A model generated the notes under the pieces. The model made no database searches. It saw nothing but the letters and a program-made list of their open reading frames with translations, and was not told the DNA's origin. Positions 19,845 to 30,700 of a stretch of DNA of 64,000 nt are shown in pieces. The first letter of the stretch is position 1, and the number at the start of each line of letters is the position of its first letter. The position numbers and the translations under genes were made by a program. Source of the DNA: Bacteroidales bacterium (GTDB lineage: Bacteria; Bacteroidota; Bacteroidia; Bacteroidales; Tenuifilaceae); contig JAFTDN010000023.1 in assembly GCA_017454165.1 (NCBI GenBank), positions 4,325-68,324 of the forward strand, in the 5' to 3' direction.

Positions 19845-21653
19845 ATGCCCAATGCTGATATTCATGATATTATACGCGATCTTCCAGAGCAGCCTGGGGT
19901 GTATCAATACTACGATGCCGATGGTAAGCTGCTTTATATAGGTAAGGCTAAGAGCTTAAAAAAGAGGGTAGCATCATACTTCAACAAGGTGGACTCCGCC
20001 AACGCCAAGTTGCGTGTGCTGGTGAGGAAGATCGCCCGCATCGAGTACGTGGTGGTGAACTCCGAATCCGATGCCCTGCTGCTCGAGAACAACCTTATTA
20101 AGCAGTATCAGCCCCGCTACAACATCTTGCTGAAGGACGACAAAACCTATCCGTGGATCTGTATCAAGAACGAACGTTTCCCGAGGCTCTTCTCTACCCG
20201 CCGCTACGTGCGCGATGGTAGCCTGTACTTCGGCCCATACACCTCGGGTAAGCTTCTGCATACCCTGCTCGCGCTGTTCAAGGAGCTGTTCCCCATCAGA
20301 ACCTGCTCGCTCGCGCTCGACCAGTCCGCCATCGATGCGGGCAGCTACAAGCCCTGCCTTGAGGCGCAAATCGGGAACTGCCTAGCACCATGTATCGGTA
20401 TGCAAACTCATGATGATTATTTAGATAATATTGAGGCAATTAAGAGTATACTGAAAGGTGATATTAGGGAGGTTATCAGGGGGTTGCAGGAGCAAATGCA
20501 TGCCGCTGCCAAAGAGCTCGATTTCGAGCGGGCGCAGTTGATCAAGCAGAAGATCGACATCCTGAACTCTTTCCAGAGCAGGACCACCATCATCAACCCG
20601 CAGATCAAGGACCTGGAGGTGTACTCCATTCTCCAAAGGGAGAACCTCGCCCTGGTGAACATGCTCAAGGTGTTCAATGGGGCAATCATACAGAGCTACA
20701 CCCTGAGGGTGAACGCCCAGATAGGGGAACCCACCGATGAGATTTTCTCCTCGGCCATCTCCGAAATCCGCGATAGGCTAGGTATAGCTTCTAAAGATCT
20801 GGTGCTCAATGTTATGCCAAGCTTTAAGCTCGATGGTGTGAGCTATTCTGTTCCTATCAGGGGCGACCGCAAAAAGCTGGTGGAGCTGAGCTTGAGGAAT
20901 TGTTTCGCCTACCACTCCGAAATGATTAAAAAAGAGGAGGCTAAAAATCCGAAAGAAAGGCAGGAGCGAATCCTGAACACCCTGATGAAGGATTTGAATA
21001 TGACGGTACAACCCGTTCATATAGAGTGTTTTGATAACTCTAACCTACAGGGAACAAATCCCGTGGCTTCGTGCGTGGTGTTCAAGAACGCCAAGCCCTC
21101 GAAGCGCGACTACCGACATTTTATGATCAAAACCGTGGAGGGTCCCAACGATTTTGCCTCCATGAGAGAGGTCGTGTTCCGCCGCTACCATAGGCTAATC
21201 GCCGAGCAGCAGCCCGTTCCCCAGCTCATCGTTATTGATGGGGGTAAGGGGCAGCTTGCCGCCGCCATGGAAAGCATCCGCGAGTTGGGGCTCGATGGCC
21301 AGGTTACCGTCATCGGCTTGGCCAAGCGGCTCGAAGAGGTGTTTTTCGCCAACGACCCCGTGCCTTTCTACCTCGACAAGCGCTCGACATCACTCAAGGT
21401 CATACAGCACATCCGCGATGAGGCCCACCGATTCGGCGTGCGCCTCCACACCAAGCGCAGGAGCCAGGCGCAGGTTCAATCTATATTCGACACTATCGAT
21501 GGTGTGGGGCCAAAGTCGGTGGAGATGCTCTTTGCGCACTTCAAGTCCATTGACGCCATCATGGCCGCATCGGTGGCCGAGCTCGAGCCCATCATCGGCA
21601 GGAAGAGGGCCGAAATAGTATTTAGCTACTTTAATAAAGATAATAACACATAA
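19845..21653 (+). CDS. uvrC: excinuclease ABC subunit C
   Basis: GIY-YIG (GVYQYYDADGKLLYIGKAKSLKKRV), UvrBC interaction helix (ELDFERAQLIKQKI), endonuclease V-like domain (IECFDNSNLQG, IDGGKGQL), C-terminal HhH. Confidence 0.95.
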   Translation: MPNADIHDIIRDLPEQPGVYQYYDADGKLLYIGKAKSLKKRVASYFNKVDSANAKLRVLVRKIARIEYVVVNSESDALLLENNLIKQYQPRYNILLKDDKTYPWICIKNERFPRLFSTRRYVRDGSLYFGPYTSGKLLHTLLALFKELFPIRTCSLALDQSAIDAGSYKPCLEAQIGNCLAPCIGMQTHDDYLDNIEAIKSILKGDIREVIRGLQEQMHAAAKELDFERAQLIKQKIDILNSFQSRTTIINPQIKDLEVYSILQRENLALVNMLKVFNGAIIQSYTLRVNAQIGEPTDEIFSSAISEIRDRLGIASKDLVLNVMPSFKLDGVSYSVPIRGDRKKLVELSLRNCFAYHSEMIKKEEAKNPKERQERILNTLMKDLNMTVQPVHIECFDNSNLQGTNPVASCVVFKNAKPSKRDYRHFMIKTVEGPNDFASMREVVFRRYHRLIAEQQPVPQLIVIDGGKGQLAAAMESIRELGLDGQVTVIGLAKRLEEVFFANDPVPFYLDKRSTSLKVIQHIRDEAHRFGVRLHTKRRSQAQVQSIFDTIDGVGPKSVEMLFAHFKSIDAIMAASVAELEPIIGRKRAEIVFSYFNKDNNT

Positions 21654-22384
21654 AATACTTATAATAAGTAATTTATAATATAAATGGTGTATGTGTTATG
21701 GTATGAATATCTATTATACGTAAGTATATATATTATTTATATAGCTATTACGTATCGAACATCCCCCTTATGATGGCCCCGCTATATCGCCATGCCCTAT
21801 GGATTAATCGTGTGGCGTTGTGACATTGGCGGTCGACTGGCTGAGTACACACCCCCGCCTCCTCCCGTTGGGCCATGGGGCATTGATGCATGGGAATGTG
21901 TGCCGTTCGATGCTTGTGTGTGTGGGGGCTATTTTTTGCTGTAGTTAAAATGACAAGCTATTGTCCAATATAAATGATAAATCATTATGTATTAGGTATT
22001 TAATTCAATACGGCACACACGTTGATTTGTATCACAAGGGAGTTGCGCCCTAGTTCTCAGCCTATTCCGCGCCCCCGCGCCGGTGGTCTTGGTGTCAGCA
22101 ACCTGAGCGGTGCAGGCCCAGGGGGCTCAAAGCTCCTCATACGATCTGGTGCGCGGATGGCGCCGACAGGCAGACCACACATCCTGCACTTCCCCCGTTT
22201 GTTTACCTCACGTTCTCAAGAATGCGCTATTGAGGGCGCGACGAGCTTTTCTTGGGAAATACGTGAACCCCTCGCATGGGCATGGCATGTTAAGGTTCAG
22301 CTGCTTGATATATTGGAACTGCTACGCAGTGCGGTGGTCCCACCCAGCACATGCGATGTCTCCCCCTGTATAGGTCATAGCAGA

Positions 22385-22927
22385 CTATACCGCGCACACC
22401 ACCTGATTCACAGGAACATCGTGGGGTTCAACTGGTACGTTGGGAAGCAGCTGAAAGCTGTATCCCACGCCCACTACATGGGCATGCTGTAGCTGGGGCA
22501 GCAGGCGATCGTAATATCCCTTGCCTCGCCCCAGGCGGTGGCCCTGCGCATCGAATGCCATGCCAGGTACGATGGCAAAATCGACCTGAGAGGGGTCGGC
22601 CAGCTCGCCCGTGAGCGGTTCGCCCACGCCAAAGGCGTTGCGGGTTTGCAAACCCGCAGCCCCATCAAATCGTCGTATCTCAAGGGTTTCGCCTACCATT
22701 ACGGGTAGCAGCATCCGCTTGGCGCTGGCCCAACGGGCCACAAAGCCATGTGTGCACACCTCATCGGGCAGCGACCAAAAAGCCAGCACCACCTGCGCCT
22801 GCTTAAATTCGGTCATCCCCTCAATGGTGGCGAACACCATGTCGGACTGCAACTTGGCCTTGGCGGGTGGCAGCATCTTGAGCTGCGCCCGTATTTGCGC
22901 CCTGATATACTTTTTTTGACTGTACAT
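22385..22927 (-). CDS. 5-formyltetrahydrofolate cyclo-ligase (MTHFS)
   Basis: MTHFS pattern: KK.IR, E..T......W......LP, vPG.AFD..G.RLGRGKGYYDR, P.EPHDV.V..V. Confidence 0.85.
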   Translation of the reverse strand: MYSQKKYIRAQIRAQLKMLPPAKAKLQSDMVFATIEGMTEFKQAQVVLAFWSLPDEVCTHGFVARWASAKRMLLPVMVGETLEIRRFDGAAGLQTRNAFGVGEPLTGELADPSQVDFAIVPGMAFDAQGHRLGRGKGYYDRLLPQLQHAHVVGVGYSFQLLPNVPVEPHDVPVNQVVCAV

Positions 22928-22950
22928 ATCATCGCTCCATTATGCAACGG

Positions 22951-25770
22951 CTATCTCGCATAGCTGTATGTAAATCCAAAATTGTAGTAGAACTTGCCAC
23001 CATCGGGCCAAGCAGCGGTGAAGGTGAGCCGCATAGGCACCCGTATGCGCAGCAGGTGGAAATCGACCGATAGCTCGGCCCCCAGCGATTGCATCTCCTC
23101 CCTGTACAGTTCGGTTTGCTCGGCCCGCCGCATATTGTGTGCATAGTCACAGAACATGTTTATCCATAGTCGTTTGATATACATGAACTGACCTAGATTT
23201 AAATCGGGATACACCAACGGCATGGCATAGTTCAAGTTAATACCGACAAACCGTTCCGACAGACGCTCGGTATAGCCCCTGGGCAGCGCAACCCTGCTGC
23301 TCAGGTAGAACCCGTTGGGCCACTGCTGTTGAAAGCTCATCCCAACACGGGCGGAGTGATTGCTCAGCAAACCGGGCATGTACAGCATTGAGGTAATTGC
23401 AGCAAGAGAACCCATGCGGGCCCAAGGCGAAAGGCTGTAGCTGTGCAACCCCTGAAAGGTGCAGCCCCAACGAGGATACAAATCGCGGTGGGCTTTAGCC
23501 GATAGTGCACTGACATACAAGCCATTAGTCTGCATCAAATGCCCTGCGCGATAGATGTCGAGCTGTGAGCTGAAGAAACGGTCGTTGTTGTAGGACAAGT
23601 TGCTATATGGCTTTATGTAAACACTTGTTTGACCGATGTTTATGCGCAACGGGAGATGAATATTCAGCGCAAAAACGCGCTGCTGCGTTGTCGTAATCTG
23701 TGTGCCTAATCGGCTATAGCTCTTGGCGCTATGCGGTTCAAGGTCGAAGCTGAGACCCACCACGGGCCACCAGCCTTGGTATTGCACGGTGGCATTAAAC
23801 ACGTGGTGATGGGTGCTCTGCGGGGTGTATCCATAGCCCGCAGACATCACGGCGCTGCCAAGCAGGTTCTGCGATATGGCCGTAAGGCCAATGCCGATGC
23901 CCTCCATCTGTCCCTGCACCATCTCGGTGGGTTTTATGAACAATGGGGCCCAGCTGTGCACGTTGATCAGGTGCGACAGCTTGCGATACCGGGAGGGCTC
24001 GGAGAGCGGGACCACGCTGTCGGAGGGGAACAGCTGCGGGCTATGTCGCACACCAGAGCGTAGCTGCGCCAGCTCGAACGGTTCGTGCGAAAGGCATCGC
24101 GCATGGCCAATGGCGTAGCCCATCGGGGTGTAGTTGGACACCACCATCCCCCCTGTGGGGGTGGTATGCATGTATTTTGAACCAAAAGATGAACTAACTA
24201 CACGAAACGTAGTGTTGTTATTGAAATTATAGAAGAAAACATGCTCAGCGTAATTGTGCGAGGCCGAGAAGAACACCCCCGAGTCGGCCATGCTGATGGC
24301 CGAAATATCGGCCATGATGGGGGGCATTAGCACCCGCTGCGGCCCAGGCCACACCCGCATGAGCTGCTTACCCCATGGGGTGGTAGCAAGGGCGTATAGG
24401 CTATCGCCATGGGAGGCCAGCTCTGTGGGCTGCGTATTGACATCAAATAGACATAGCGTATCGGCTGTGCCATTGCTATTTAGCCTAACAGCCGCCATGC
24501 TACCATCGGGGTTGAAGCAGATGGCCACCACTCCAGCTGCCATGCAGACGGGCGATGATAGCATCCCCCTGTGGGGCAGCGTGGAACGCTTCCCCGTGCG
24601 GTGGTTGTACACCACCACGCGGCCATAGCTCACCTGCTCCCAGCGCAGATGCGGGCGGTACTCGGCCCATACAATCAGGCTGTCATCGATGTGGGGAAAG
24701 CCGAGCATGCTGCCCGGGCGGGCTAGCACCCGCTCGCGCCCAGTGGCGGTGTCGAGTGCAACGAACGCTTGGGTGCGTTTGAGCGAAGTTTTGAGCACCA
24801 CCAGCCGCCCATCGGCGAGAAGGTGGGGATGCATGTAGCTGGTGTAGGTCCGGGCCGTTGGGCTGAGCTGTTCTATGGGGGTGGGCGCAACGGGCTGAGC
24901 TGCTCGCCACACGCTGTCGGCGTGGGCGAACATGGTTTCGCACAGCTTGGCCTGCCCCATTCCCACCTCGCGGCGCAGGGCCCAATAAATGGGCGGCACG
25001 GCGAAAGGGCGGCGCCCCACAAAGTTCGCGATGTTGCTCACCGACTTAATACCATGCTTTAAATCTATATATTCAACAAGCTGATATCCTAGCGAATAGA
25101 AATTTGGCGTGTAATGTCGGAATGAGCCATCGCGCCATTTGTCGAAGCTGTATCCCTTGTGCCCCGATAGCAGCATGGCGCGGTAGTGCTGGTAGAATGC
25201 TGCGCTCCGCCCCCGCCCCGAAGCAGACTGCTTGGTTTCGGCAAACACCGCATCGCCCTCGAGCAGCCATAAGGGCAACAGGGCAGCGGCCATGCCCACG
25301 CTCTGCTCGCCCAGCAGCACCGAGGCCCCCCTCACTAAGCCGGTATTCAGCGCGTACATCTGCTTCACGTGGCGCATCTCGTGCAGGGTGAGCATGTTAG
25401 TCCAAGGCTGCGCGTCAAGGGCGGAGGGCGATGGGTGAGCTACAAGCTCCATGCGGCGCGGAGTCCAAGCTACATAACCGTTGGACAGCACATTGCGATT
25501 GTGCAGCACCACATCGATACGGCTGCCGAGCAGGCCGTAGTCGGCTCCGGCGAGGCTGTCGGCTGAACGCAGGGCGGCCATGTAGCGAGCGGCCAATGGT
25601 AGGGCCTCGGCGGGGAAGACCAAGTTGATAGACCCGCTTCGGTAGCTCAACCAACGCGTACTGGCGGCATCGGTGCCCGTGGTGTAGTACTGCCCCCATG
25701 TGGGTAGCGATGCAAATATAAGTGTTACAAATAAATATATTTGCTTTATTTTCATGTGTTTATGAATCAT
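22951..25770 (-). CDS. large secreted protein: peptidase-MA-like HEXXH domain, beta-propeller-like middle, barrel-like C-terminus
   Basis: Signal peptide (LFVTLIFASLPTWGQ). HEMRHV followed about 40 aa later by LWLLEGDAVFAE, which is the HExxH...W.xEG.A.y.E arrangement of MA-clan peptidase domains. The rest is Gly/aromatic-rich and ends in aromatic residues. Family not firmly recognised. Confidence 0.5.
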   Translation of the reverse strand: MIHKHMKIKQIYLFVTLIFASLPTWGQYYTTGTDAASTRWLSYRSGSINLVFPAEALPLAARYMAALRSADSLAGADYGLLGSRIDVVLHNRNVLSNGYVAWTPRRMELVAHPSPSALDAQPWTNMLTLHEMRHVKQMYALNTGLVRGASVLLGEQSVGMAAALLPLWLLEGDAVFAETKQSASGRGRSAAFYQHYRAMLLSGHKGYSFDKWRDGSFRHYTPNFYSLGYQLVEYIDLKHGIKSVSNIANFVGRRPFAVPPIYWALRREVGMGQAKLCETMFAHADSVWRAAQPVAPTPIEQLSPTARTYTSYMHPHLLADGRLVVLKTSLKRTQAFVALDTATGRERVLARPGSMLGFPHIDDSLIVWAEYRPHLRWEQVSYGRVVVYNHRTGKRSTLPHRGMLSSPVCMAAGVVAICFNPDGSMAAVRLNSNGTADTLCLFDVNTQPTELASHGDSLYALATTPWGKQLMRVWPGPQRVLMPPIMADISAISMADSGVFFSASHNYAEHVFFYNFNNNTTFRVVSSSFGSKYMHTTPTGGMVVSNYTPMGYAIGHARCLSHEPFELAQLRSGVRHSPQLFPSDSVVPLSEPSRYRKLSHLINVHSWAPLFIKPTEMVQGQMEGIGIGLTAISQNLLGSAVMSAGYGYTPQSTHHHVFNATVQYQGWWPVVGLSFDLEPHSAKSYSRLGTQITTTQQRVFALNIHLPLRINIGQTSVYIKPYSNLSYNNDRFFSSQLDIYRAGHLMQTNGLYVSALSAKAHRDLYPRWGCTFQGLHSYSLSPWARMGSLAAITSMLYMPGLLSNHSARVGMSFQQQWPNGFYLSSRVALPRGYTERLSERFVGINLNYAMPLVYPDLNLGQFMYIKRLWINMFCDYAHNMRRAEQTELYREEMQSLGAELSVDFHLLRIRVPMRLTFTAAWPDGGKFYYNFGFTYSYAR

Positions 25771-25921
25771 AATATAATACTTTAGTTAGTATAGCTAGCA
25801 TACAGTACGTATGAGCTATGTGGTCAATAGTTGGCAAAGGTAGAAAAAAAGCATACGCACATCAATTCCCCAAATGGAGGTATGGCTACCCCCAACACCG
25901 TATGCCATGCCGATGTCGGCC

Positions 25922-26251
25922 TTAGCCAGAGACCTTAACCCCGTAGCCCAGCTGGCGCAGGTGCTCGGCTACGGCTTGCTTTTTGTCGCCCTGAATAAGT
26001 ATTTCCCCTTCCTTGACGCTTCCCCCCACGCCGCATCGGGTTTTTAGCACCTTGCACAGCACCTCGATGCCTGGGCCCCTAAAACCCCGCACCCAAGTAA
26101 CGGTTTTGCCCCCGCGCCCCTTGCGCTCAATGCCCACAACTAGGCGCTGCGCTGAGGGCGGCTCTGATGACTCGGGCTCCGATGGGGTGTCGCTGTGAGC
26201 GCTGGGGTGGGTGGTGTACACAAGGTGGAGCTTATCCTTCCAATCGTCCAT
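25922..26251 (-). CDS. translation initiation factor SUI1/YciH family
   Basis: RKGRGGKTVT.V.GF, LK..CG.GG.V, I.IQGD....V...L...G are classic SUI1 motifs. The start is taken at the internal Met (MDDWKDKL). The upstream part of the listed ORF has no coding character. Confidence 0.85.
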   Translation of the reverse strand: MDDWKDKLHLVYTTHPSAHSDTPSEPESSEPPSAQRLVVGIERKGRGGKTVTWVRGFRGPGIEVLCKVLKTRCGVGGSVKEGEILIQGDKKQAVAEHLRQLGYGVKVSG

Positions 26252-26433
26252 GCTTACCGTACTGGTTGATGCGGGCAAATATACACAAAAGCGCGATGCG
26301 GACAAAAACATGGTCAACCCTGCGGCGTAATCGATGAGAAACGCCAATTTTTTTGTACCTTTGGAGTTGATTAAAATAACCTGTGTGTGGTGTAGTATAC
26401 TACATGACAATAGGTTATGCATCGTCAAAGACC

Positions 26434-27666
26434 ATGTCGGAAGCAGCCTCAAACGACCGCTTAAAGCTATCGACCTACAAGCTCAACACCCTGCTGGGCA
26501 TGGCGCAGGCCATCAGCAGCGACCTGCGCATCGAGGGCCTGGTGGAGCGGTTTAGGGGCATACTGAACGATGATCTGGGCATCGACCGCATACTGCTCTA
26601 CAAACGTGAGGGAGAGGCGTGGGAGCTGCTGCTGAATAGCAATTGCGCCCCCGACATGGTGGAGCAAATCGATGTGGAGCGCGACCTGCTCCCCTACGGG
26701 GAGATTACCTTTGTGGCCGCCACCTACAACACCCTGCTGCTCGACTTGGATGTGCTCATCCCCATAGAGCAGAACAACAGCGTGGTGGGCTATGTGCTGA
26801 TTGGCGACACCAAGGAGTACGAAAAGGGCGTGAGCACCACCATCCGGCACCTGAACTTCGTGCAAACGCTGGCCATCATCATATTCGTGGCCATGGAAAA
26901 CATGCGGCTGTTCCGTAAGATGCTCGACCAGGAGGCCATGCGCAAGGAGATGGAGCTGGCGTCGCGTATGCAGAACATGCTGATACCATCGCCTGATACC
27001 ATGCCGCGCTACCCGGGCATCGACATGGCCTCGTACTACAACCCCCACTTCGAGGTGGGAGGCGACTACTACGACGTGGTACCCCTCGGCGAGGGCGAAT
27101 TCGGGTTCTGCATCGCCGACGTATCGGGTAAGGGCATATCGGCCGCCCTGCTGATGTCGAACTTCCAAGCCACCCTGCGCGCCCTTTTCGACCGCAACAT
27201 CGCGCTCAACGAGTTCATCGCGAAGCTCAACGAACGCATGATGTCCGCCGCCAAGGGGGAAAAGTTCATCACCCTATTCGTGGCCCGCTACAGCTGCGTC
27301 AATCGGGTGATGGAGTACGTGAATGCGGGCCACAATTCGCCCATCCTCTATACCCCCCATAACGGTGCGATAGAGCACCTGCAACGTGGCAGCGTGGGCA
27401 TAGGGATGCTCGATGAGATTCCGGTAATCAACGTGGGGCAGCTGCATGTGCCGTCGGGGGCCAAGCTGGTGTGCTACACCGATGGGCTGGTGGAGCGCAC
27501 CGATGGTAATGCCGTGCTCTACGACACCAATCTGGTTGAACGTTGCATCAGCACGGGGGGCAGCATCGCCAACATCTTGGCCATGATTGCCAAAGAACGG
27601 GGCGTAGACGATCACCCCGAGGATATATTCGATGACATATCGATGCTCGGCTTCGAGTTTAAGTGA
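26434..27666 (+). CDS. GAF-domain PP2C/SpoIIE family protein phosphatase
   Basis: N-terminal GAF-like sensor, then SpoIIE motifs EVGGDYYDV, ADVSGKGISAAL, TLFVARY, AGHN.P, YTDGL.E. Start taken at MSEAASNDRL. Confidence 0.8.
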   Translation: MSEAASNDRLKLSTYKLNTLLGMAQAISSDLRIEGLVERFRGILNDDLGIDRILLYKREGEAWELLLNSNCAPDMVEQIDVERDLLPYGEITFVAATYNTLLLDLDVLIPIEQNNSVVGYVLIGDTKEYEKGVSTTIRHLNFVQTLAIIIFVAMENMRLFRKMLDQEAMRKEMELASRMQNMLIPSPDTMPRYPGIDMASYYNPHFEVGGDYYDVVPLGEGEFGFCIADVSGKGISAALLMSNFQATLRALFDRNIALNEFIAKLNERMMSAAKGEKFITLFVARYSCVNRVMEYVNAGHNSPILYTPHNGAIEHLQRGSVGIGMLDEIPVINVGQLHVPSGAKLVCYTDGLVERTDGNAVLYDTNLVERCISTGGSIANILAMIAKERGVDDHPEDIFDDISMLGFEFK

Positions 27667-27772
27667 TGCGGAGCCAATGCAGCTCTACGGCGTATGTGTG
27701 GAAAGGAAAAATTAAGAGGGGCAAAATGCCAATCGTTTGCCCCTCTTAACAATGAAAAAGCACTAGGCTTGG

Positions 27773-30700
27773 CTAACGCCCGCGCTGGAACAGATCCACG
27801 TAGCGGCTGTAGGATTGGCCCAGCGATTCGCTGAGATCCGCTTGCGCGTAGTGGTTGGCGATGGCCAGCAGCTGCCCCAGCATCTGTATGCCTATCTGCT
27901 TCTCCTGGGCCAGCGCGGCGGCAAATCGAGGTTCGAGGCTGAATAGGTACTGCAAATCCTGCTCCATGATGCCCGCGTAGCGCTGCATCAGGGCCGAGGC
28001 TTTCTCGGTTTCGCCCAGCTGGTAGTAGCACTCTATGATACCTGATATGAAGTAGTCGTGCTGAAAGTTGTAGGGGAACTTTTCGTGTGGCATCAGCTCC
28101 ATTATGCGATCCACAACGGCTATGGCCTTTTCGGTCTGCCCTTCCTGATGGAGCTTCTCGGCTAGCCTCACGAATGTGTTGCGCAGGCGCAGCACCATGG
28201 CGGTGCGCTGCACGTTGTAGTCGATGAACACATCGGGTTCGTTCATGCGTCCCCAGGTGAACTTTTCCATCAGGTTGTGGTAGAGGATGTCGGTGTTTAT
28301 CCTGCCTATATCGAGGATGTCGGCGGGCCGATGCCTGATGGGCACCAAGCGGTAGGCGAAGCCTTCGAGCTGTAGGTAGTGGCTCAGGCCCACATCGCCA
28401 TCGCCGTAGGGCGAAACGAAGTAGATGGGTCTCTCCCAGTTGTTGTTGGCGAGGATTTCGAGCACCATCATGGTGTTCTTTTGGAAGTAAGACTTGTTGA
28501 AGGTCCACTCGAGCTGCGGCACAATGAGGGCAGAGTCCTTTTGGGCGACGGTGCCGTTGGTGAGCACCTTTTGCCGATCTACGGGCAGCGAGAGCTGCTT
28601 GGCGGGCAGAAAGTCGATGGGCCGCCTATCGCCCTGGGCCGAGAGGCGGGTGGCGGGGTTGTCGCTGGCCACAAAGCCCATGGCCTGCTTGAGGTCGGTG
28701 CGCTCCTTGATTTTTTCCACGGTGTAGATTACATCGCGGGTGCCCTGCACATACTTATCGTGGCCCATGCTGATGGGTGCTGGGGGGGCATCGTTGATGC
28801 GGCGCTTCATCTGGTCGCAGTACCAATCGGTGCTGAGCAGCGACAGGTTGATGATGAGCACATCGGGGCGTATGCCCTCCACCTCTTGGGCGTACCAAAG
28901 GGGGAAGGTGTCGTTGTCGCCGTTGGTGAACAGGATGGCATTTGGGGCGCAGGTTTCGAGGTAGTTGCGGGCGAAGTCGCGGGCGATATATCGTCCCGAG
29001 CGGTCATGGTCGTCCCAGTTCTGGGCGGCCATCTGCACGGGCACCGCTAGTCCCAGTGCGGCGGCAATGGCGGCGGACGGCAGCTCGGGGAGCAGGCGGC
29101 GGACGGCCTTGGCTAGGGCCAGTACGCCGAGGCCAATCCAGATGGCAAAGGCGTAGAACGAGGCGGCGTAGGCGTAGTCGCGCTCGCGGGGTTGCAATGG
29201 GTATTGGTTGAGGTACACCACGATGGCCACGCCCGTGAGCACGAACAGCATTAGCACCACCCAGAAGTTGCGCAAGTCGTTGGATTTTATCTGGAAGAAT
29301 ATGCCCAGCAGGCCGAGCAGCAGGGGCATAAAGTAGTACACGTTGCGCGAGGGGTGGTGTTTGGCCTCGTCGGTGAGCTGGCTCTGGTTGCCCAGAAACA
29401 GAGCGTCAATGGGCTTTATGCCGCTAACCCAGTTGCCGTGCAGGTTGCCGCCATGGCTCTGCACATCGTCTTGCCGGCCCACGAAGTTCCACATGAAGTA
29501 GCGCACGTACATGAATCCTACCTGATACCGGAAGAAGAAGCGCAGGTTCTCGCCAAACGTGGGCACGTACTGTACCTCATTGTTGCCCTCGCGGTTGCGC
29601 ACCGTAACGGGCTTGCCCTTGATGTTGGCCCATTTTTTGTACTCGGCCACGTGGTCATCGGTGTAGCCGTGGTACATGCGTGGGAACACGGTCTCGAAAC
29701 GGGGGTCGAACTTATACGTGTGCTTGAGGTAGGTCTCCACGTATCTGCCATCGTGCTGGGCGTAGGTTTGCTTCTCGCTCGACTCGATGGCCGGGGCGTT
29801 GTAGTATTGCCCTCGGAATAGGGGCCTGTCGCCGTACTGCTCGCGGTTCAGGTAGTGCACGAGCGCGAAGGCGTTGTTGGGCTCATTCTCGTTGATGGGC
29901 GTGTTGGCGTTGGAGCGAATGATGATCATGGCGAACGATGAGTAGCCAATCACAATTACCGTGGTGCATAGCAGCACGGTGTTGAGCAGAGCTTTGCCCT
30001 TTCTGTGCGAGGTCCATATGCCCCAGCCCAGCAGGCCGAATATGAGCGCGGAGTAGAAAATGAGGCCCACGTGGTAGGGCATTCCAAATCCGTTCACGAA
30101 CATGAGCTCGAACATGGAGCCCAGCTTGAAGGAGCCCGGTATGATTACGTAGAGGATGACCAGCATGATGACGCAGGCCAGCAGGAACGACACGATGAGG
30201 CCCCGGCGGGTGGTTTCGTATTTCTTGAAGTAGTACACGAACACGATGGCCGGTATTGCCAGCAGGTTGAGCAGGTGCACACCGATGGAAAGGCCCATCA
30301 TGTAGGCTATCAGCACCAGCCATCGGTTGGCGTAGGGCTCGTTGGCCTGCTCCTCCCATTTCAGAATCATCCAGAACACGATGGCCGTGAAGAACGAAGA
30401 CAGGGCGTACACCTCGCCCTCGACAGCCGAGAACCAAAACGTGTCGGAGAACGTGTAGGCCAATGCCCCCACAGCCCCACTGGCCATGATGGCCACCGTT
30501 TGGCCAAGGCTGAGCTCGCTGGCTGGCTGGCGAAACAGCTTTCGCGCCAGATGCGTGATGGACCAGAACAGGAACAGGATAGTGAACGCGCTGGCCAGTG
30601 CCGACATGACGTTCACCATCATGGCGGCTTTTGTAACATCGCCAAACGACAACAGGGTGAATACCCTCGATATGATCATGAACAGCGGAGCACCGGGTGG

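Noticed and set aside
21654-22384. tmRNA, RNase P RNA, SRP RNA or a tRNA in the long uvrC/MTHFS gap.
   Set aside because: I looked on both strands for the hallmark strings: GGGGCTGA...TCCACCA with a GGTTCGA-type T-arm, GAGGAAAGTCC / ACAGAA..GGCTTA, and GGAAGCAGCC. I did not find them. Only weak partial resemblances were seen (GCGCACCAG, GGTAAAC), and they were in the wrong order.
22022-22492. 156-aa ORF (and the nested 87-aa ORF) as a protein-coding gene.
   Set aside because: It has a TTG start and no recognisable motifs, and it runs into and overlaps the 3' end of the convergent MTHFS gene. The composition looks non-coding.
25922-26452. Full 176-aa version of the SUI1 ORF.
   Set aside because: The first 67 codons lie in AT-rich promoter-like sequence and add a non-homologous extension. 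SUI1/YciH proteins are about 110 aa, which matches the start at Met 26251.
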